Part shown: in pieces, positions 31,004 to 38,324 of the stretch
Layout: each line of letters opens with the position of its first letter
Position numbering within the stretch: the stretch's first letter is position 1
Assembly (NCBI GenBank): GCA_964527765.1
Contig: CAZGQR010000001.1
Span: forward strand, 182,353-246,352
DNA from: an uncultured Planctomycetia bacterium
GTDB lineage: Bacteria; Omnitrophota; Gorgyraeia; Tantalellales; Tantalellaceae
DNA length: 64,000 nucleotides
Reading direction: 5' to 3'
The notes under the pieces: generated by a model
Told to the model about the DNA's origin: nothing
Databases searched by the model: none
The model's input: the letters and a program-made list of their open reading frames with translations, nothing else
Program-made: the position numbers and the translations under genes

Positions 31004-31157
31004 TAGATGTTTGAACTGTTTGGAGCGGGGCATCGAAAGGCCGAGCGGGCACGGTTCCCGAAGGCCCGAAGGGCCTGAGGGAGAGCGAGGACTTTCGCTG
31101 AGTACGATTTTCTCGCCGGGAAAATCGGACGTCCCCGCGAAAATAGCTCAAACATCT
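31004..31157 (+). repeat. structured palindromic element, copy 2 (154 bp)
   Basis: Same orientation as copy 1. The terminal inverted repeat and all internal hairpins are conserved, with compensatory substitutions. The 3' end overlaps the stop of the GT2 gene. Confidence 0.7.
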
Positions 31158-32236
31158 AATTTATCCTCCTTAATGGCTTTTTCGAACACCTTCAGCCAGA
31201 ACAGGAGAGGATATATTACGTGAAGAACGGACCAGATAAGGCCGTAAACGCCGTCCCTGTATCCGCGGTGCTTGATATAATGCTTATAAAACAATTTGAG
31301 GGACCTGTGCAGCAGCCGCTTTTTCAGAAATCCGCTTTTTTCAAAGCCCCGGGCATCAAGGTACGCAGCCGCCTCGGTATCGGTATAGCGGTTCCATCGC
31401 GCGATAACCTCGCCTATGGAATCAAAATTATAATGAAGCACATCCGCCTTTATATCCCCGATCTTGCCGTCAACCCTTAATGTCTCGTGTACTTTACTCC
31501 CCACATAACGGGCTCTTTTTTTTCTGAACAGTTTCACGCCCTTCCCCTGCATTGAATTGCGGAGAGGGACGCCGAACACGCAGTCACGCCGGATCAGCGT
31601 AAAGGCATCGTGGTCTCCCTTTCGCTCGATCGCCCGCCGTATCGCGTCGCGGGTCCCGGGGGTGACCTCCTCGTCGGCATCCATTTGCAGTATCCATTCT
31701 CCGGAGGCAGCTTCAATGCCTATATTGCGCTGGTTGTCGAAATTCAGGCCGGACCGATTGACGATGACCTTTGCCCCGTATTCCCCGCGCGCTATGGCCG
31801 CCGTATTATCCGTTGATTCGTCATCGACCACAACGGTCTCTGTCGCCAGGCCCCGCACGGAATCAAGGCACCGGCGTATCTTCTTTTCTTCATTTCTGGT
31901 TATGACAACAGCCGAAAGCGATAGTTCGCCCATATCTTCCTGTCCTTTCCTTATGTCCCTGAACAGTGTATACTTGGGATAATGCCGTACCGGTTCATCG
32001 CGCGGGAGATAAAAATGAAAAAGTGGTCCGTTTTTGAAAAAATGTCCATAGCGGAATTTTCCATTTTCCTGATCATAGTCGTCACCCTCATACTGGCCCT
32101 TATATACTTCATATTTTTCAGAGAGATGGACAGGGAGCTCAGGACCATAGAAATCCGGCAAACGGGCATGCCTATAAGATAAATCCCCGGGCAGAGAATC
32201 TTCTCCGGAGGAATGGACAAGAAGCATCGCCTTCAA
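31148..32236 (-). CDS. family-2 glycosyltransferase with ~100-aa N-terminal extension
   Basis: The GT2 core (LSAVVITRNEE...DDESTD...DADE) begins near the internal Met at 31933. The long ORF start overlaps the histidine-kinase stop by 4 nt, so either start is possible. Confidence 0.65.
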   Translation of the reverse strand: MKAMLLVHSSGEDSLPGDLSYRHARLPDFYGPELPVHLSEKYEVYKGQYEGDDYDQENGKFRYGHFFKNGPLFHFYLPRDEPVRHYPKYTLFRDIRKGQEDMGELSLSAVVITRNEEKKIRRCLDSVRGLATETVVVDDESTDNTAAIARGEYGAKVIVNRSGLNFDNQRNIGIEAASGEWILQMDADEEVTPGTRDAIRRAIERKGDHDAFTLIRRDCVFGVPLRNSMQGKGVKLFRKKRARYVGSKVHETLRVDGKIGDIKADVLHYNFDSIGEVIARWNRYTDTEAAAYLDARGFEKSGFLKKRLLHRSLKLFYKHYIKHRGYRDGVYGLIWSVLHVIYPLLFWLKVFEKAIKEDKLDV

Positions 32237-34539
32237 GCGGCCGGCAAAAAGAATGAGAAAGTGCTTCCTTCTCCGTATTTCGACCTGCCCCAGATCCTGC
32301 CCCCGTGCTGCTCAACGATCTTCTTGGATATTACAAGCCCGAGTCCCGTGCCTCTGGTCTTTCCTCCTCTTGTATCGACAAGCTGGGTAAAACTCTGAAA
32401 AAGTTTATCCTTTTCCTTTTCCCTTATCCCGACACCGGTATCTTTTACCGAGACTCGTATCCCGCCCGCGGCTTTAGCGGTCATGATCGTAACACGGCCT
32501 TTATCTGTGAATTTTATGGCGTTACCCACCAGATTCATCAGGACCTGCGTGATCCTGTCCGTGTCGAATTTCAGTTCCGGCAGGTCTTTTGCCAGGCGAA
32601 CGCTGAGCTTTATCCCCTTCTCTTCCGCCAGCGATGACATTTCCCTTCCGATCTCTCCTGCCAGCTTGTTGATATTCCATTCTCTCATATCAAAGCTCAT
32701 TTTCCCGGCGACAAGTTTCTGGTAATCCAGGACATCGTTTATCAGGCGGTCCAGTCTCTCGACGTTCTTTCGCGTGATGTCAAAAAACTTCTTCTGCTCG
32801 GGGCTGATGTCCTTGCCCAGTTTGCTCATCGCGATAAAAACGCTTTCCTTGATGATGGCAAGAGGCGTCCTGAGCTCGTGAGACACGGTATTGACGAATT
32901 CATCCTTGAGCTGTTCCAGCCTCCTGCGTTCCGTAACATCATTGAAAAATCCGAGCAAATAGTTCTTTCCCCCCAGTATTATCGGGGCCGCGTTGATATC
33001 GGCATAAAAAATGCTGCCGTCCTTTCTCTTCACCGGCATGTTCCTGCTCATCATGATCTTGCCGCCGGCCAACTTCTCGAACTGGTCCAGAGCGTGGGGC
33101 AGGTCTTCCCGGGCGTGAATATCTTCGACCTTCAATTCCTTGAATTCCCTTTCGCTATAGCCCGTCATCTGGCAAAACTTCCTATTCACCATGTAGGTCT
33201 CTCTGGTCTCCACGTCCACGACATACATTCCGATGTTCGCGTTGTCGCAAATGACCCTGAATCTCTGTTCGGATTCCCTGAGTATCTCTTCAGCTTTCTT
33301 GCGTTCAGTGATATCCCTATCAATGCCCCTGTACCCTCTCAACTTGCCCTCTTCGTCAAAAAGAGGAATTCCGCTTGTCTCTAAAACCACCAGGTATCCC
33401 TTTTTATGGCGGTTTATATTCTCCATCCCATGGAACGGCACCTTTTTCCCGGCCTTTTCCCTGAAAAATCTGCTCGTTTTCTTCGCATCTTCTTTAAGCA
33501 TGAAATCAAACGGGGTTCTACCCAGCACCTCATCGACCTCATAGCCCAATATATCTCTGACCTTAGGGCTGGCATAAGTATATACGCCGTTCTTGTCCAC
33601 TTCCCATATCCAGTCGGAAATGCTTTCGGTCAGGTCCCTGAATTTTTGTTCGGACTCTTTCAGCGCTTTTTCTGTTTTCTTGCGTTCAGTGATGTCCGAT
33701 TGCACTGAAATGCTGTGAAGTATCTTCCCGCCGGCACCCCTGACAGCGTTGACGTTAAGCAGGACGGTCCTCTTCTCGCCGGTCCTGGTGATTATATCCA
33801 GTTCCTCGTTCTCTATCTTTCCTTTTCTTTTCCAGCGCTTGAACAGTTTTCTGGCTTTTTCGCGGGAGGACGGCGCGTAAACAGTCGTGATGAGAGACCT
33901 GCCGAGGACCTCCTCTTTTGCATACCCGAGTGTTTTCAGGGCGACCTTGTTGACGTCCAGTATTTTTCCTTCGAGAGAGATCATATAGCAGTAGTCGGGA
34001 TCGTTCTCAAAAAAACGTCTGAATTTTTCCTCACTCTCCCTCAATGCTTCTTCCGTCCTCTTGAGCCCGGTGACATCCTGGACAAAAACCAGCACCTTTC
34101 TTTCTCCGTTCTCTTCCAGCGGCACCCCGGTGAAATTCCTGTAGGTGGTCTTTTTCCCGATATAAGAAGTGTATTTGACCGGCCCCATCCGGAAATACTT
34201 TCCCTTGAACCCTGCCCTTATCTTGTCAGAGAGCCCGAGCTCCTTATAGGGCGGCAGCTTAAGCAGGTCAAGGCCCATGAATACCTTGCGGGGGTCTCCC
34301 GCTATCCTGAGCATGGCGGGGTTCACGTACTCGACCTTGCCTTTTTTGCTGATTATATACACGCCGAAGGGGGCCTTCTCTATGGTATCCCGATACGTCT
34401 TGTAGGCTTTTCTGAGTTTTTTTTCCGCCAGCCGGTGCCTGAATTCGCACTTCTCAAGCTCAGCTACCTGCCGACGCAATGACCGTATCCGCTTGGCGGG
34501 ACCCTTACGTCTCTTTCTGCCTTTGCCTGTCTTTTTCAT
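32233..34539 (-). CDS. cytoplasmic multi-PAS sensor histidine kinase
   Basis: 768 aa. Four PAS/PAC modules. HisKA H-box SHELRTPL. HATPase_c N/G1/G2 boxes. No TM segments. Confidence 0.85.
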   Translation of the reverse strand: MKKTGKGRKRRKGPAKRIRSLRRQVAELEKCEFRHRLAEKKLRKAYKTYRDTIEKAPFGVYIISKKGKVEYVNPAMLRIAGDPRKVFMGLDLLKLPPYKELGLSDKIRAGFKGKYFRMGPVKYTSYIGKKTTYRNFTGVPLEENGERKVLVFVQDVTGLKRTEEALRESEEKFRRFFENDPDYCYMISLEGKILDVNKVALKTLGYAKEEVLGRSLITTVYAPSSREKARKLFKRWKRKGKIENEELDIITRTGEKRTVLLNVNAVRGAGGKILHSISVQSDITERKKTEKALKESEQKFRDLTESISDWIWEVDKNGVYTYASPKVRDILGYEVDEVLGRTPFDFMLKEDAKKTSRFFREKAGKKVPFHGMENINRHKKGYLVVLETSGIPLFDEEGKLRGYRGIDRDITERKKAEEILRESEQRFRVICDNANIGMYVVDVETRETYMVNRKFCQMTGYSEREFKELKVEDIHAREDLPHALDQFEKLAGGKIMMSRNMPVKRKDGSIFYADINAAPIILGGKNYLLGFFNDVTERRRLEQLKDEFVNTVSHELRTPLAIIKESVFIAMSKLGKDISPEQKKFFDITRKNVERLDRLINDVLDYQKLVAGKMSFDMREWNINKLAGEIGREMSSLAEEKGIKLSVRLAKDLPELKFDTDRITQVLMNLVGNAIKFTDKGRVTIMTAKAAGGIRVSVKDTGVGIREKEKDKLFQSFTQLVDTRGGKTRGTGLGLVISKKIVEQHGGRIWGRSKYGEGSTFSFFLPAA

Positions 34540-34547
34540 CGTCCCCC

Positions 34548-34895
34548 TTATTCCACAGCGGACGCCTTCTTTAAGGCGTCGTTAACGGCCCTTTTGAGGT
34601 TCTCACTGCTTACGGTGGCGCCGGTCACGGCATCAACGTCCGTCGATTGTTCACGTATGATCTCGTCGATAAGGGGCATTACCATCTCAGCGTACTCCTC
34701 GCCGCCGCCCCCGTGCCTGATCATTTTGATGTCAGCGATCCTGCCGTTTTCTACCGTAACGGCAACCGTTACGAAAGAATACTTCCCCTCATAGTTGCCG
34801 TCCCTGAGCCGATCTTCAGCCCCGCACAGGGCAATACAGGAAAATAAGACAGCCGCTGCTATAAAGCTGAGGCTGGAAAGCCTGAAACCGGTCAT
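34548..34895 (-). CDS. FMN-binding domain lipoprotein
   Basis: 115 aa. Signal peptide with Cys. FMN_bind signature DAVTGATVSS. Confidence 0.6.
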   Translation of the reverse strand: MTGFRLSSLSFIAAAVLFSCIALCGAEDRLRDGNYEGKYSFVTVAVTVENGRIADIKMIRHGGGGEEYAEMVMPLIDEIIREQSTDVDAVTGATVSSENLKRAVNDALKKASAVE

Positions 34896-34969
34896 AGCGA
34901 GGCTCCTTTCTTGCCTGAATGATACCGCGCCTGCTGCCGCACTGCGCGCAGAATATCTTTGATCCGTCG

Positions 34970-35299
34970 TTACTTCCCGGGCTTCGCTCCTGCCATCTGT
35001 TCCTGAACGGCCATCGCATCCTGGGCTTTTCTGATCAGTGTTTTGGCTTCCTTGGAATTAGCGTCCACGTTCCGCAGGACATACTGGGACAGGTTGATCG
35101 TTCCCTGAAAATCCTTGGAATCCAGAAAAAGCTGCGCCTGCTTCAGCAGGTAATCCGTTTTCTTCTCCGCCGTGTTTATCGTCTGGGCTTTCTTGACAGC
35201 ATCCTGGATCGTCGCGGCTTTTCTCGGACGATAATAGCTTATCAGCGCGAGGCCGACGACCAGGCACAACGCTATAACAATAACTACGATCTTTTTCAT
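34970..35299 (-). CDS. secreted hypothetical protein
   Basis: 109 aa. N-terminal TM/signal sequence. Confidence 0.35.
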   Translation of the reverse strand: MKKIVVIVIALCLVVGLALISYYRPRKAATIQDAVKKAQTINTAEKKTDYLLKQAQLFLDSKDFQGTINLSQYVLRNVDANSKEAKTLIRKAQDAMAVQEQMAGAKPGK

Positions 35300-35357
35300 G
35301 CGATCCTTCCTTTCATTGAAAAATTAACGGCCTGTTTCTCTTTTCTATCCCGACAAA

Positions 35358-35726
35358 CTACTCAACATAAACATAAATGGCGTTCCTTCTGCCCTCTCTC
35401 ATGTTATACTCGACCCTCACATCGTCCCCTTCCTCGATCTCCCTCGTGGACCCCACGTTGTCGAGCTCAGCGCTTGGATCAATAGAATACGTAACATCCT
35501 CATTCCTGCCGGTATCAGCATTGTATTCGTTCAGGGTGATCCTGTCCGGGGACACGCCTACTACTGTACCATACGCGTAGCCGGTCTCCTTCTGGATGTC
35601 CCGGGTATATTCAATATTCTTCTGCGTGAAATCGACCTCTTCGTCTTCCCGGCTGAAAGATGCCGTCTGAAAAAGCCCCGCCGCAAGCATCAGCGCCAAA
35701 AAACAAACGAGAAGCGTTTTTCGCAT
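35358..35726 (-). CDS. secreted hypothetical protein
   Basis: 122 aa. Signal peptide. Confidence 0.35.
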   Translation of the reverse strand: MRKTLLVCFLALMLAAGLFQTASFSREDEEVDFTQKNIEYTRDIQKETGYAYGTVVGVSPDRITLNEYNADTGRNEDVTYSIDPSAELDNVGSTREIEEGDDVRVEYNMREGRRNAIYVYVE

Positions 35727-35741
35727 TTCTGTTTTTCTCCA

Positions 35742-35788
35742 TTAAAAAAAACAAGGGACGGTCCCGGCCGTTTCCGAACCCGTCCCTT
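35742..35788 (-). terminator. intrinsic terminator for the 35807..36091 gene
   Basis: Minus sense AAGGGACGG-loop-CCGTCCCTT followed by GTTTTTTTTTT. Confidence 0.6.
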
Positions 35789-35806
35789 CAAATCTTAAAT
35801 ACCGCG

Positions 35807-36091
35807 TTATTCCGTTTTTTCCGGAGCTTCGCTTTTTTCCGCTTTCAGGGCCTCTTTCTCTTTCACAAGCTCCTGATACTTTGCCTGCAATGTCTTGTTC
35901 GCGGCCGTGAGCCTGGCGACCTGCGCCTCGAGGTCCTTGCTCTTCTTCTTAAGCGCATCATTCTCTTTTTGCGCCTGGCTGAACTTGTCCGTGAGCGCCT
36001 GATGCTCGCTCTTCGGCACTCCGCAGCCGACGAGTACAAACACCACTGCGACCAGCACCGCGTATTGGGCAGCGCGCATCATGTTCCTCAT
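35807..36091 (-). CDS. coiled-coil lipoprotein
   Basis: 94 aa. Lipobox LVGC. Heptad-rich remainder. Confidence 0.45.
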   Translation of the reverse strand: MRNMMRAAQYAVLVAVVFVLVGCGVPKSEHQALTDKFSQAQKENDALKKKSKDLEAQVARLTAANKTLQAKYQELVKEKEALKAEKSEAPEKTE

Positions 36092-36194
36092 CTTGCCTCC
36101 TTGTTTTTCGTTCTTACAAACAGCTGTCTGCAGCCTGTCTTATTAGAAATATACCCCAGAAAGAAAAATTTGCAAGGCCATTATGAAAGCGGGC

Positions 36195-37088
36195 TTAAAT
36201 CAGTCCCCTGAAACCGATCCCCCGATAGATCACCAGGTGATCCTGCAGCTGTACCAGCGGCCTTTTTTTCCGCCAGAACCTCTTATAAACGAACTCCGTG
36301 ATCTCCTCTTTCTGGCTCGCGTTATATCTGTGCACGTCCGGATAAAGAAGGATCATCCAGACTACCGCCATGAATTTTCCGAAATCGTCCACGAAAAACC
36401 GGACATGATTGGTCTTTGAAAGCATCTGAGCCCTGTTGAAAAGACGCCTGTTCTCCAGCTCTTTTTTAAACTTAAGAAGGTCCTGATCGTTACGGTGCCC
36501 GAAGAACTTCCCGGCAAAATGATTATAAAGCCCGGTGGTGGTGTGCTCACTCTTGCCCCTTGCCCCCATAAGCACGGCATGTATCGCCCCCCTGGGCGCC
36601 AGGATCCTCCGGTACAGGTTCTCAAAGATCGTGTGCCACATCTCCTCTTCGCAATAATAAAGAGAGTGGTGAAGGGTGATGAGGTTCACTCTCTTCCCGT
36701 CAAGTTTATCTTTAAGAAAACCTTCTGTTTTCCGGGAATCCGGAAAGACTTTATTATAATCATCGCGTATGGTCACGACATGATCCGTACGCTGCCTGGT
36801 GATGCGCTCCCTGACAGCGTCAAGCGCCTCCCTGTCCACATCGAACAGATAAAGCCCTCCGCGGAACGCGGTCTCCAGGATCCGGAACTGCGGTTCATCG
36901 CTGGACCCGATCGAAAGAGCCCTCATGGTCTTCGATAAAGCAAAGGCCTTGTTCAGCGTCCTTATGACCCCGGCGAGCTGTTCCCCTATATCGACCTTGT
37001 CGTTGCTGTAACGGGACCATATTTTTCCTTCTTCATACAATTTGGAATCAGCGGCTCTGATCCCGGCCTCGATGATATTCCTGTTCAT
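36195..37088 (-). CDS. hypothetical protein, possibly Rossmann-fold methyltransferase-like
   Basis: 297 aa. Only weak motif resemblance (ALSIGSSDEP, LFDVD). Low confidence. Confidence 0.3.
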   Translation of the reverse strand: MNRNIIEAGIRAADSKLYEEGKIWSRYSNDKVDIGEQLAGVIRTLNKAFALSKTMRALSIGSSDEPQFRILETAFRGGLYLFDVDREALDAVRERITRQRTDHVVTIRDDYNKVFPDSRKTEGFLKDKLDGKRVNLITLHHSLYYCEEEMWHTIFENLYRRILAPRGAIHAVLMGARGKSEHTTTGLYNHFAGKFFGHRNDQDLLKFKKELENRRLFNRAQMLSKTNHVRFFVDDFGKFMAVVWMILLYPDVHRYNASQKEEITEFVYKRFWRKKRPLVQLQDHLVIYRGIGFRGLI

Positions 37089-37255
37089 GATTCCTTGAAC
37101 ACCAGAACCGTTGCGCTCAGGAACAATGCTATGAACGCTACAATAGAAACCCGCGATACTTCGCTGACAAAAACATACATGGATACCAGGTGTGCCGCCT
37201 CAGCGATCACTTCTGCCGCAAAAACTATACCGATAACCATCAGCCATTTCTTCAT
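37085..37255 (-). CDS. unannotated small hydrophobic ORF (56 aa), translationally coupled to the downstream gene
   Basis: Manual translation MKKWLMVIGIVFAAEVIAEAAHLVSMYVFVSEVSRVSIVAFIALFLSATVLVFKES. SD GAAAGGAAACAGCA before the ATG. ATGA stop/start overlap with 36195..37088. Below the 60-aa track cutoff. Confidence 0.35.
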   Translation of the reverse strand: MKKWLMVIGIVFAAEVIAEAAHLVSMYVFVSEVSRVSIVAFIALFLSATVLVFKES

Positions 37256-37311
37256 TGCTGTTTCCTTTCGTTAAACCTTGATGTTCCCCGTTCCGGGGGG
37301 ATTTTAAGAAG

Positions 37312-37388
<77 letters not shown>

Positions 37389-37397
37389 ACGAGGCCC

Positions 37398-38261
37398 CTA
37401 CCGTCTTCTTTTCTTTCGCTTCTTCGCTTTCTTCGTGAGCCGTGCTTCCGCTTCTTTTTCCTGTTCTTCCATCATCTTGCGCAGCTTCACCATGCACGTC
37501 GCCTCGATCTGCCTGACCCTTTCGCGGGTGATGCCGAAATGCTTGGCAGTATCCCTGAGAGTATGCGCAACGCCGTCCTTGCCGAGCCCGAACCTTAACT
37601 GTAATATCTTTTTCTCGCGCGGGGACATCTTCTCCAGAAGGCCTTCGATCCTCTCGTGGAGGAGGAATTTAGAAAGCTCGTCAACGGAAGTGACGATACT
37701 CTCATCCTCGATAAGGTCCATGAATTCGGAGTCCCCTGATTCTCCGATGGGAGCGTTCAGGCTGGAGATATTCGATGCCATGTGGTTGAGCTGCCGGATG
37801 CGGGATACCGGCATCTTCATCTTCTTGGCTATGTCGCTCAGCTGCGGGGTTTTCTTCTGCTTCTGCAAAAGCTGTTTCTTCACCTTCTGGAATCGCATGA
37901 GCATTTCCATGACATACACGGGTATGCGGACGGTCTTACCCTGATTCGCCACGGCTCTTGTGATAAACTGCTTGATCCACCACGCGGCATAAGTGCTGAA
38001 GCGGTATCCCTTGTCCGGATCATACTTGGTAACGGCCTTCATCAGGCCCAGGTTGCCTTCCTCTATAAGGTCCAACATGGGAACGCCCAGGTAACTGTAT
38101 TTCTTCGCGATATTGATGACCAGCCGCAGGTTGCTCTTGATCATCCGCTGCCGGGCCTTCTTATCGCCTCTCCTGACCTTTTTTGCAAGCTCTTTTTCCT
38201 CTTCGGCCGTAAGGAGCGGCAGGTCTCGTATGTCTTTCAGGTAAAGTTTTATCGCTTCCAT
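37398..38261 (-). CDS. RNA polymerase sigma-70 family factor (RpoD/RpoS-like, regions 2-4)
   Basis: Start placed at MEAIKLY (no SD, apparently leaderless). Region 2 YAAWWIKQFITRA and region 4.2 helix-turn-helix present. Confidence 0.8.
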   Translation of the reverse strand: MEAIKLYLKDIRDLPLLTAEEEKELAKKVRRGDKKARQRMIKSNLRLVINIAKKYSYLGVPMLDLIEEGNLGLMKAVTKYDPDKGYRFSTYAAWWIKQFITRAVANQGKTVRIPVYVMEMLMRFQKVKKQLLQKQKKTPQLSDIAKKMKMPVSRIRQLNHMASNISSLNAPIGESGDSEFMDLIEDESIVTSVDELSKFLLHERIEGLLEKMSPREKKILQLRFGLGKDGVAHTLRDTAKHFGITRERVRQIEATCMVKLRKMMEEQEKEAEARLTKKAKKRKKRRR

Positions 38262-38307
38262 TTGAAAAATACAGTGACTGGCTCGAGCCGGGGGCATGCC
38301 GCCGTGA

Positions 38308-38324
38308 ACCTGTCCCGCCTTTCT
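38308..38324 (-). promoter_or_regulatory. recurrent intergenic motif GAAAGGCGGGACAGGTT (minus sense), instance A
   Basis: Starts 1 nt after the ppdK TAG stop. 37 nt upstream of TATTTTTCAA, which directly abuts the sigma-factor ATG. Confidence 0.3.

Noticed and set aside
29623-31223. ORFs 29623..29991 and 31011..31223 translating through the palindromic elements
   Set aside because: Their similar peptides (ERGIERLSGHGSRRPE...) simply reflect the repeated DNA. No start-codon context. The elements show RNA/DNA-structure covariation instead.
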